A stretch of 32,000 nt of DNA from Synechococcus elongatus PCC 6301 (lineage in GTDB: Bacteria > Cyanobacteriota > Cyanobacteriia > Synechococcales > Synechococcaceae): the NCBI RefSeq assembly GCF_000010065.1, contig NC_006576.1, forward strand, positions 2,430,001-2,462,000. The letters are read 5' to 3'. The first letter of the stretch is position 1; each line of letters begins with the position of its first letter. The position numbers and the translations under genes are program-made. Under the pieces are notes generated by a model. That model saw nothing but the letters and a program-made list of their open reading frames with translations. It was not told where the DNA came from and did not search any database. Shown here piece after piece: positions 16,596 to 23,761 of the stretch.

Positions 16596-17045
16596 TTAGA
16601 TCGGGGCCTGCATTCCGTTCCGATCGCGCCATTGCTGACGGCGTTCGGACCGTTGTTGTTCAAACTGCTGACGCTGCTCAGGGGTCAGGACGGCGCGGAG
16701 TTTTAGGCTGCGTTGAAAGCGGAGCTGCTGAGCTTGTTGCTTGAGGGCATTGACTTGAGCTTGCTGCTGCGTGAGTTGAGCATCGCTAGCGTTGCTCGCC
16801 CACAGCTGTCGGAGCTGGGTTTCTGCCGCTTTAATCTGCTCGCGCAGTCGCTTCATTTCTGCTTTGTCTTGCTCGCGGATGCCGCTTAGCTGTTGGCGTT
16901 GTTCAGGAGTCAGGTTCAAGCGCTCCCAGCGCTGCATGCGCTCGGGACGATTACCAGCCGGGCCCGATTGGGCATAAGCGATCGTTGGGATGGCCAGTGC
17001 CCCCAACAGACCTACCAGCGCGAGCTTCTGAATCAGTCGAGACAT
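16596..17045 (-). CDS. Periplasmic Spy/CpxP-family (LTxxQ-motif) protein with signal peptide
   Basis: From the ATG at 17045 the protein reads 'MSRLIQKLALVGLLGALAIPTIAYAQ', a signal peptide. Two 'LTPEQRQQ' motifs sit in a Gln/Arg-rich helical protein. The track ORF extends upstream to 17291 but overlaps the hypE 3' end. Confidence 0.7.
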   Translation of the reverse strand: MSRLIQKLALVGLLGALAIPTIAYAQSGPAGNRPERMQRWERLNLTPEQRQQLSGIREQDKAEMKRLREQIKAAETQLRQLWASNASDAQLTQQQAQVNALKQQAQQLRFQRSLKLRAVLTPEQRQQFEQQRSERRQQWRDRNGMQAPI

Positions 17046-17079
17046 AGGAGTGAGAATGTAGAGGAACTCGCTGGGCTCT

Positions 17080-18111
17080 CTAGCAAATGCGGGGTAGCTG
17101 TTCGCCACTGAGCATTTCCAACAGGCGATCGCTGCCAAAGGGCTGACGCAACCGCACGAGACCTGGCGTAGCTGATTGGACGATGCCAATGCAACGAGGT
17201 TCCTGTTCTGGCCAAATTTGGCGCAAGATTTGTAGCGCGATCGCCACTTGATCGGTGGGTAGAAACGCCACAAATCGGCCTTCATTGGCAACCTGTAGTG
17301 GGTCTAAACCGAGGATTTCACAGACACCTGCAACTGCTGGATCGACTGGAATCGCCTTAGCCTCGATATCCATCCCAACCCCGACGGCTGCTAATTCATT
17401 GAGGGCACTGGCTAAGCCGCCTCGCGTCAGGTCCCGTAGACAATGAAGATCGATGCCTGCTTCCAGCAAACCCAAGACGGGCGATCGCAAACTTGCGACA
17501 TCACTAGCGAAGGGCAGCTCTAACTCCAGCCCTTCGCGGCAGGCCATGACGGCAATGCCATGTCGCCCAAGATCGCCATTGATCACGATCGCGTCGCCTA
17601 CCTGGATTTGTTGCGGACCAATCTGGCGATCGGGCGGCAACCAGCCAATGCCCGTTGTCGTGATGTAAAGGCCATCAGCCTTCCCGCGCTCAACCACTTT
17701 GGTATCGCCGGCGCAAATCTGAACCCCAGCGGCTTGGGCTGCGCTAGCCATCGACTGCACCAGTGTGTTGAGCGTTGCGATCGCCAAGCTTTCTTCGAGG
17801 ATGAAGCTGGCGGTCAACCGGTGAGGAATTGCGCCCCGCATCAATAAATCATTGACTGTGCCATGCACGGCCAGAGAGCCGATGTCGCCACCGGGGAAAA
17901 ACAGTGGTTGGATGACAAAACTATCCGTGCTGACGGCGATGCGATCGCTCGGTAAAGTTAGGACAGCAGCATCCGCTGCAACCGTTTGCTCTGTCTCAAA
18001 AACTGATCGAAAAACTGTCTCAATCAGCTGATTCATTTGGCGACCCCCGCTACCGTGGGCCATCTGAATGCGTTCGCTGCCGGTCAGAGGTAGCGGACAG
18101 TCCCAGCTCAT
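17080..18111 (-). CDS. hypE: Hydrogenase maturation protein HypE (carbamoyl dehydratase)
   Basis: 'MAHGSGG', 'STDSFVIQPLFFPGGDIG', 'GDTKVV' and the invariant C-terminal 'PRIC' are present. The start is probably the ATG at 18111 (MSWDCPLPL...); the track ORF begins at 18153. Confidence 0.9.
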   Translation of the reverse strand: MSWDCPLPLTGSERIQMAHGSGGRQMNQLIETVFRSVFETEQTVAADAAVLTLPSDRIAVSTDSFVIQPLFFPGGDIGSLAVHGTVNDLLMRGAIPHRLTASFILEESLAIATLNTLVQSMASAAQAAGVQICAGDTKVVERGKADGLYITTTGIGWLPPDRQIGPQQIQVGDAIVINGDLGRHGIAVMACREGLELELPFASDVASLRSPVLGLLEAGIDLHCLRDLTRGGLASALNELAAVGVGMDIEAKAIPVDPAVAGVCEILGLDPLQVANEGRFVAFLPTDQVAIALQILRQIWPEQEPRCIGIVQSATPGLVRLRQPFGSDRLLEMLSGEQLPRIC

Positions 18112-18243
18112 GCGGTGCTTGCCGAAAGAGAGTCTTGCGTGGCAGTCAGTCACTCAGTCTGCGATCGCGGCGGACTTCTGCACTGCTGCTTTTCAAAATT
18201 AAGCTGCTTTGACAGCGAGAGGCTGCAGTTGTGATGAATTGCA

Positions 18244-18283
18244 AGGGCGATCGCAACGTAGCTCTACGACCGGCGATCGCCCT
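18244..18283. terminator. Nested hairpin built from two HIP1 copies (A-GGGCGATCGC-AA-CGTAG-CT-CTACG-ACCG-GCGATCGCCC-T)
   Basis: Read directly. An outer stem of 10-11 bp encloses an inner 5-bp stem. It lies 20 nt downstream of the 49-codon ORF stop and upstream of hypE on the minus strand. Confidence 0.4.
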
Positions 18284-18301
18284 AGAGCGCAAAGACGACC
18301 A

Positions 18302-18451
18302 TTAGCTACAGGAACGTTCAGGCAGCTTGGGCGCGGCTTCACTCCATTGCAAGACAATAATGGCCTCTTGGGTGGTGGGTGAATGGCTATGAAACTGCCG
18401 TAAAAAGCGCTTGGCCATGGCAATTTGCCTGGCGCTATATTGATGATGCAT
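18302..18451 (-). CDS. Possible small ORF (49 codons) not in the supplied track
   Basis: My manual translation is MHHQYSARQIAMAKRFLRQFHSHSPTTQEAIIVLQWSEAAPKLPERSCS. There is an in-frame stop two codons upstream of the ATG. The composition looks more protein-like than the overlapping 74-aa track ORF. No homology was recognised. Confidence 0.25.
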   Translation of the reverse strand: MHHQYSARQIAMAKRFLRQFHSHSPTTQEAIIVLQWSEAAPKLPERSCS

Positions 18452-18560
18452 GATTTAGTTCGCTACCGAATAAACTGCAAATTAGGGCTAAAAATCTTCG
18501 CTGAATTTCTAGCTTTAGACAAATCAAGAGTGGCTCCCTATGAAATCAATTAAACGGAAC

Positions 18561-19199
18561 TCAGACAGCCTCGGGCCTAATCCGTTTCCGACGATAGGGG
18601 CGGTAGACTTCGCGAACGCTAATCTTGGTGATGGATTGCTGAAAGTCTTGATGAAGCTGAGTAATCAAGCGATCGAGTTCAAGTTGTCCAAACTCAGAGA
18701 TAACGATCTCGATGCGGTGATAAAGCTGCTGCGTATTTCGCTGTTTCTTAGCTGATCGCTTGTTCTGCCGAATCACCTTCAAGGCTTGACGAATGGAAAT
18801 ATTTAGTTCTTGACACTCTACAAGCTCGATCCCAACGGGTTGGGATTGAGAGCCGCCGGCTCTATCAATAAAGATCTGGTCATCGAGACTAGGGATGCTA
18901 AGCGCGGTAAACAGCTCATGGCGATGTTCCCAGAGGAAGCGATATTCATCTGCCATGCTGCGCTTGAATGTGCAGTGATTGGATACCCATTCCTCCCAAC
19001 CTCCATTGGAAAGCAGGGCCTTTGCTTGAGTGAGCAAATATCCGATCGCAAGTGATCGCAATAACTTCTGTGATTCTAGCTTTTGAATTTCGAAATACAG
19101 GATATTCGCTTGATGACTAATTTTTGAAATATCTAAGGTTGCAGGTGAAACAATCTCAGCTCTTTGGGGAACCATAGAAGTATGCATTTTAATTTTCAA
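18561..19199 (-). CDS. Hypothetical protein, DUF3102-like (plasmid/phage-associated family) with basic C-terminus
   Basis: 'IGYLLTQAKALLSNGGWEEWVSNHCTFKRSMADEYRFLW' resembles the DUF3102 core pattern (G.lL.eAK..l.hGeW..Wl....f..rtA..ym). The tail 'RPYRRKRIRPEAV' is basic. The family assignment is from memory and is unverified. Confidence 0.6.
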   Translation of the reverse strand: MKIKMHTSMVPQRAEIVSPATLDISKISHQANILYFEIQKLESQKLLRSLAIGYLLTQAKALLSNGGWEEWVSNHCTFKRSMADEYRFLWEHRHELFTALSIPSLDDQIFIDRAGGSQSQPVGIELVECQELNISIRQALKVIRQNKRSAKKQRNTQQLYHRIEIVISEFGQLELDRLITQLHQDFQQSITKISVREVYRPYRRKRIRPEAV

Positions 19200-19248
19200 G
19201 TGCTAGGCACTGAAAGAAACAAGATGCCCTTACTTATAGCTGACATTT

Positions 19249-19264
19249 TTTGAATTTTCAAAAG
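19249..19264. promoter_or_regulatory. Palindrome TTTTGAA-TT-TTCAAAA 50-65 nt upstream of the DUF3102-like gene start
   Basis: Read directly. The position is compatible with an operator or promoter element. Confidence 0.25.
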
Positions 19265-19312
19265 AATTATCCCGAAGATGAATAAGATTTTTGATGCATG
19301 CGATGAAAGTAT

Positions 19313-19331
19313 TTTTATTGACAATAAAAAA
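19313..19331. promoter_or_regulatory. Perfect 19-bp palindrome TTTTTATTG-A-CAATAAAAA in the AT-rich spacer
   Basis: Read directly (9-bp arms, 1-bp centre). It contains TTGACA on the + strand. It is a candidate operator, hairpin or recombination site. Confidence 0.3.
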
Positions 19332-19438
19332 GAGTTTCGGCTTTGAATTTTTTTGACCTAATTGCTCCTTGTACCCTTTGAGCATTTGTCTTTAAAAATT
19401 AAGGTAAAAATAAATATTTTTCTTTAGTGGTTGAAAAA

Positions 19439-19648
19439 TCAGCCCGTTTTATGGCTGACGATGAAACAGGGGAGTAATAAAAAAATCTCATGTATCGTTT
19501 TAAGACATGAATAATGAAATGAAAAATAAATTCCTACGCTGCTGGCATGCGTTTGTATTGAATCGGATTCATAAGGATTAACTTGGGGGAAAAAGTCAGC
19601 AGAGAAGACGATCGCAGAGGTAGCGCCCTGAGAGTGTCCGATTGTCAT
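19439..19648 (-). CDS. Possible 69-aa ORF translationally coupled (ATGA overlap) to the recombinase-like gene
   Basis: Its ATG (19648-19646) overlaps the TGA (19647-19645) of the upstream gene. The C-terminal 'IFLLLPCFIV' is hydrophobic. No homology was recognised, and an AT-rich region can produce chance ORFs. Confidence 0.25.
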   Translation of the reverse strand: MTIGHSQGATSAIVFSADFFPQVNPYESDSIQTHASSVGIYFSFHYSCLKTIHEIFLLLPCFIVSHKTG

Positions 19649-20178
19649 CCCCCCAGAAACAGACCGTTGACTCGCTCAGCCCAGATAAGCCGCAGATGTT
19701 TGGCCCGCGTAACGCCCCAGATTTTGACCCGTGCGTAGGGTGGGGCAATCAAGGCAATCGGTGCTCCCCGTTCAACAGCACTTTGGGCATGGCAATCCCA
19801 GAGCTGTTGTGCAGTGCAAGGAAATGTCAAACCAACGCGGCGCGCGGCATTACGCACAATGCCACTGACCCGAGCTGGGCTGAGAGCAGCGCCATGGCGA
19901 CTCAGAAAAATCAGCGATCGCGCTTGGGTGTCGGGCGATCGTAGGTAGAGGAGATGGCTCCAGCAATGACTAGGCAGGAGCAGTTCACCGCCGCTAGGCA
20001 GGGTCAGCAGCCCTTGATTGCCGCCGATCGCACGGACATCCTGCCAGCGGATCATCGTCAGCTCTTCGGGACGCAGGCCAGCGTAATAAATCAGGCGAAG
20101 CATTGCGTTATTGCGGTGATTTCGCTCCGCTGCTAGCAACTGGCGGAACCAATCTTCGGCACGGTCAAGGGCTGTCAT
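19645..20178 (-). CDS. Short tyrosine-recombinase (phage-integrase)-like protein, catalytic-domain-only, apparently degenerate active site
   Basis: 'RNNAMLRLIYYAGLRPEELTMIRWQDV' matches the Arg-I region of Xer/integrase catalytic domains, and 'IFLSRHGAALSPARVSGIVRNAARRVGL' matches the following helix pattern. The expected HxLRH and LGH...Y regions read 'QQLWDCHAQS' and 'IAPPYARVKIW'. Confidence 0.6.
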   Translation of the reverse strand: MTALDRAEDWFRQLLAAERNHRNNAMLRLIYYAGLRPEELTMIRWQDVRAIGGNQGLLTLPSGGELLLPSHCWSHLLYLRSPDTQARSLIFLSRHGAALSPARVSGIVRNAARRVGLTFPCTAQQLWDCHAQSAVERGAPIALIAPPYARVKIWGVTRAKHLRLIWAERVNGLFLGG

Positions 20179-20301
20179 AGGACATCGCGATCGCCATCAT
20201 CGCCATCACAAGTTGGCGCTACTTTAACGGCCCTGTCTAGCTCAGAACTGTTACCGCCACCACACTCCCCGATAAACTAGTGCCAGTTAGAGACCTGGTC
20301 T

Positions 20302-20595
20302 ATGCCTTGGTTTGTCAAAATCGAGCGAGGGCTGGTGGAAAAAGCAGTTTTTGACCGCTATGTCCCCGCTCATTTGGACTATGTCCGTCAGCTCATTGCC
20401 GCTGGACATCAGGCCAGCAGCGGTTACTGGGGCGAGCGTGGCGGTGGCATGCTGCTCTTCCGGGCCGAGTCGCGGCGGCAGGCAGAGCAAATTGTTGCGG
20501 CAGATCCGCTGGTTCAGGCTGGTTGTGTGACCTACGAACTGCACGAATGGTGTGTGGTCTGCTCTGCAACAGCGCAGAATGGATCTTTGGTGTAA
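20302..20595 (+). CDS. YciI-family protein
   Basis: It is a ~97-aa protein. 'RYVPAHLDYVRQLIAAGHQASSGYW....GGMLLFRAESRRQAEQIVAADPLVQAG' fits the YCII-related domain pattern (H..yl..l...G....G........G...i......eA..l...DP). Confidence 0.8.
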   Translation: MPWFVKIERGLVEKAVFDRYVPAHLDYVRQLIAAGHQASSGYWGERGGGMLLFRAESRRQAEQIVAADPLVQAGCVTYELHEWCVVCSATAQNGSLV

Positions 20596-20607
20596 TCACA
20601 GGTAACT

Positions 20608-21072
20608 ATGGCCGATTCCGGCGGCATCAAAGTTCTGAGCGAGAATCGTCAGGCTCGTTTCCAATACGAAATTCTCGAAACCTTCGAGACCGGGATTGAA
20701 CTTCTCGGCACGGAGGTCAAATCGATTCGGGCCGGAAAGGTTAACCTGCGCGATGGCTTTGCTTTGGTGCGCAACGGCGAGGTTTGGTTGCACAACATCC
20801 ATATTTCGCCGCACCAGCAGGCGAGTGCCTACTACAATCACGACCCGCTGCGGACGCGCAAGCTGCTGATGCACCGTGAGGAAATTCGCAAACTGATCGG
20901 TAAGGTCGAGCAAAAGGGGCTGACCTTAGTGCCGCTGAAGATGTATCTGAAGCAGGGCTGGGTGAAAGTCACCCTCGGCTTGGGACGCGGTAAGAAACTG
21001 CACGACAAGCGTGAAACCGAGCGTCGCCGCCAAGATCAACGGGATATTCAGCGGGCAATCAAGCGCGCTTAG
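20608..21072 (+). CDS. smpB: SsrA-binding protein SmpB
   Basis: '[29 protein letters not shown]', '[12 protein letters not shown]' and the basic C-terminal tail are present. Confidence 0.95.
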   Translation: MADSGGIKVLSENRQARFQYEILETFETGIELLGTEVKSIRAGKVNLRDGFALVRNGEVWLHNIHISPHQQASAYYNHDPLRTRKLLMHREEIRKLIGKVEQKGLTLVPLKMYLKQGWVKVTLGLGRGKKLHDKRETERRRQDQRDIQRAIKRA

Positions 21073-21104
21073 AGTGCACTGACCCGCACTCCAGCCCTGA
21101 AATC

Positions 21105-22283
21105 TTAGCGGGCGAGGAACTGCGTGATCCTGCGGGCAGCTTCTTCGAGGCGATCGCGGTCGTGTACTAGGGCAAAGCGAACAAAGCCTTCACCGCAGTC
21201 GCCAAAGCCGATGCCCGGCGAAGCGGCGACCCCGGTTTCGGCGACAAGTTTTTCGCAAAACTCCAGCGATCGCGTTTGCCACGGTTCCGGCAGCGGTGCC
21301 CAGAGGTACATGGTTGACACTGGCTTCGGAATCGTCCAGCCGGTAGCGGCCAGTGCATTGATGAAGATATCGCGGCGATCGCGGAAGCGTTGACGGGTCG
21401 CTTCGACACAAGCCTGTGGGCCAGTAAGCGCAGCAATCGCGCCGGCCAAAATGCCTTGATATTGGTTGAAGTCGACCACGGCTTTGAGTCGCCGCAGGGC
21501 TCCAATCAACTCCGCATTGCCGATCGCGAAGCCCACCCGAAAGCCGCCCATGTTGTAGGACTTGGAAAGCGAAAAGAACTCGATCGCCTGCTGTTTCTGG
21601 CGATCAGCTTGGAAAATTGAGGGTACCTCAACCCCATCAAAACCGAGGTCGGGATAGGGGAAGTCGTGGGCGAGCACCAGTTGATGGTGACGGCAGAAAG
21701 CTACAGCCTCTTCAAAAAAGGCTAGCGGTGCGATCGCGGTCGTCGGATTGTGAGGATAGCTGAGGACGAGTAGCCGCGATCGCGACAGAATTTCAGTTGG
21801 AATCGTACTGAAGTCTGGCAAAAAGCCGCGATCGGCCGTCGTCGGGAGGCGATAGATCTCTCCAGCGGCTAGGTAGACTCCGCCTGCATGGGAGGGATAG
21901 CCCGGATCTTGGAGCAGAGCAATCTCGCCAGGCTCCATCACCGCTAGCGGTAGGTGGGCCGTCCCCTCTTGAGAACCTATTAGCAGCAGGACTTCCGTTT
22001 CGGGATCAACACCGAGGCCGAACTTGCGTTCATACCAAGCCGCCGCGACCTGCCGAAACGGGAGTGTGCCCTGATGCAGCAGATAGCCGTGGGTGCTGGG
22101 ATCTTGCAGACTAGCCGCGATCACAGCGACCACATGATCTGGTGCAGGCAGATCCGAGGAGCCGAGGGAGAGGTCAATGACCTCCCGACCCGCTGCGATC
22201 GCTACCGCTTTGGCCCGATCCATATCGGCAAAAACATTGCGTTGTAAGGGTGCGAGCCGCTGCGACAAACGAAAGTTAGGCAT
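21105..22283 (-). CDS. Class I/II PLP-dependent aminotransferase (AspC-like)
   Basis: 'SLSKSYNMGGFRVGF' carries the PLP-lysine motif, and 'SYPHNPT' and 'D.PY' motifs are present. Specific substrate is not assignable. Confidence 0.9.
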   Translation of the reverse strand: MPNFRLSQRLAPLQRNVFADMDRAKAVAIAAGREVIDLSLGSSDLPAPDHVVAVIAASLQDPSTHGYLLHQGTLPFRQVAAAWYERKFGLGVDPETEVLLLIGSQEGTAHLPLAVMEPGEIALLQDPGYPSHAGGVYLAAGEIYRLPTTADRGFLPDFSTIPTEILSRSRLLVLSYPHNPTTAIAPLAFFEEAVAFCRHHQLVLAHDFPYPDLGFDGVEVPSIFQADRQKQQAIEFFSLSKSYNMGGFRVGFAIGNAELIGALRRLKAVVDFNQYQGILAGAIAALTGPQACVEATRQRFRDRRDIFINALAATGWTIPKPVSTMYLWAPLPEPWQTRSLEFCEKLVAETGVAASPGIGFGDCGEGFVRFALVHDRDRLEEAARRITQFLAR

Positions 22284-22287
22284 GAAC

Positions 22288-22611
22288 TTAGAGATGGGCG
22301 TTGATCAGGGTCTGAATGCGATCGCGTCCAATGGCACCTTCGACGCGCTCTACCAGTTCACCGTTTTGGAACAGCAACAGCGTCGGAATGCCCTGAACTT
22401 GATAGCGAGCTACCGTCTCGGGATTCGGATCCACTTCCAGCTTGTAGACCGTGAGTTGATCGGCATAGGTCTGGGCGGCCCAGTCCATCAGCGGTGCAAT
22501 TAGGCGACAAGGGCCGCACCAAGGCGCCCAAAAATCGACGAGAACCAATCCTGGGGCTTTCAGAACGGCAGATTCAAACTGCTGATCATTCAGCTCAGTT
22601 GCTGCAGACAT
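22288..22611 (-). CDS. Thioredoxin
   Basis: The 'WAPWCGPCR' active site and 'GIPTLLLF' are present. I chose the start at the ATG at 22611 (MSAATELNDQQFE...), giving 107 aa. Confidence 0.9.
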   Translation of the reverse strand: MSAATELNDQQFESAVLKAPGLVLVDFWAPWCGPCRLIAPLMDWAAQTYADQLTVYKLEVDPNPETVARYQVQGIPTLLLFQNGELVERVEGAIGRDRIQTLINAHL

Positions 22612-22780
22612 CGTGGGACCAAACCTTGAGCGCACAACGATCTTCCAGTGTGCCATTGCGCTCGATGCTCGGGGCGAGATCCTGCCAGAATCCCGCCGGT
22701 CTGTCAGCGTTTGGGAATAGGGCGATTGGGCTGGCTAGATCCCTGCTAGGAAACCTGAGTCCAGCCCTTCTCTGGACGAG

Positions 22781-23761
22781 CTAGGCGAGCCAGCGAGCTG
22801 CATCCTTGGCGTGGTAGGTCAGGATTAGATCAGCCCCAGCCCGCTTGAAGCTAGTCAGGGTTTCTAGTACAACCCGCTCTTCATCGATCCAGCCATTGAG
22901 TGCTGCCGCTTTGACCATCGAATACTCGCCAGAAACGTTGTAAGCGGCGACCGGCAAGTCAGTGGTTTCTTTGATCCGGCAGATAATGTCCATGTAGGAG
23001 AGGGCTGGTTTGACCATGACGATGTCAGCACCCTCGGCCACGTCAAGTTCGACTTCCTTGAGCGCTTCGCGGCTGTTGCCCGGATCCATTTGATAGGTGC
23101 GGCGATCGCCAAATTGTGGAGTTGATTCCGCCGCATCGCGGAAAGGACCGTAGTAAGCCGACGCATACTTAGCCGAGTAGGCCATGATCGGCGTATCGCT
23201 AAAGCCCGCTTCATCCAAGGCATCGCGAATCGTGGCGACAAAACCGTCCATCATGCCGGAAGGGGCAATGATGTCAGCTCCTGCTTTGGCCTGAGACACC
23301 GCTGTTTTGCGCAGCAATTCCAAAGTCGGATCATTGAGGACGCGACCGGAGAGATCACCTACTTCCAGATAGCCGCAGTGGCCATGGGGCGTGTACTCGC
23401 ACAGGCAGGTGTCAGCGGCAACAATCAGCTCAGGCACTGCTTCTTTGACAGCGGTTGCGGCCTTCTGAACGATGCCGCAGTCGTGCCAAGCGCCGGTTGC
23501 ATCGTTGTCTTTGTCGGTGGGAATGCCAAACAGAATGATCGAGGGAATGCCAAGGTCATAGACCTCCTTGGCCTCTTCCACGATCTTGTCGATCGACAGT
23601 TGATAGACGCCAGGCATCGAGGTTACTTCCTTGGCGACGCCCTCACCGGGCACCGCAAACAAGGGATAGATGAAGTCGGCCGAAGTCAACGTCGTTTCGC
23701 GCACCATCCGGCGCAGAGTTTCGGACGATCGCAGGCGACGGGGACGATGCGTGGGGAACAT
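22781..23761 (-). CDS. hemB: Porphobilinogen synthase (delta-aminolevulinic acid dehydratase)
   Basis: '[19 protein letters not shown]', '[14 protein letters not shown]' (active-site Lys) and '[10 protein letters not shown]' are present. Confidence 0.95.
   Translation of the reverse strand: MFPTHRPRRLRSSETLRRMVRETTLTSADFIYPLFAVPGEGVAKEVTSMPGVYQLSIDKIVEEAKEVYDLGIPSIILFGIPTDKDNDATGAWHDCGIVQKAATAVKEAVPELIVAADTCLCEYTPHGHCGYLEVGDLSGRVLNDPTLELLRKTAVSQAKAGADIIAPSGMMDGFVATIRDALDEAGFSDTPIMAYSAKYASAYYGPFRDAAESTPQFGDRRTYQMDPGNSREALKEVELDVAEGADIVMVKPALSYMDIICRIKETTDLPVAAYNVSGEYSMVKAAALNGWIDEERVVLETLTSFKRAGADLILTYHAKDAARWLA

Larger units (their letters stand above)
18452..20178 (-). mobile_element. Putative cryptic/decayed integrative-element remnant (recombinase-like gene, small coupled ORF, AT-rich palindromic spacer, DUF3102-like gene)
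   Basis: The gene content is typical of mobile DNA. The AT-rich patch 18452-19640 contains no HIP1. I could not identify flanking direct repeats or a tRNA target. Confidence 0.4.

Noticed and set aside
16596-17291. Full-length 231-aa version of the Spy-like ORF.
   Set aside because: The first 82 codons overlap the conserved hypE C-terminus (PRIC end) and look non-protein-like. A signal peptide starts exactly at the internal ATG at 17045.
18199-18423. 74-aa track ORF upstream of hypE.
   Set aside because: The translation is Pro/Cys/Arg-rich and runs straight through the HIP1 hairpin. The alternative 49-codon frame looks more protein-like, though it too is weak.
20229-20250. tRNA-like fragment 'GGCCCTGTCTAGCTCAGAACTG' next to the recombinase-like gene, a possible att/tRNA remnant.
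   Set aside because: Only the TAGCTCAG D-loop-like string is present. I found no matching D-stem closure (GAGC), anticodon arm or T-arm, and I cannot build a cloverleaf.
21073-21104. AGTGC-N8-GCACT inverted repeat between convergent smpB and the aminotransferase gene, considered as a bidirectional terminator.
   Set aside because: The stem is only 5 bp with no flanking U/A tracts. This is too weak to call.
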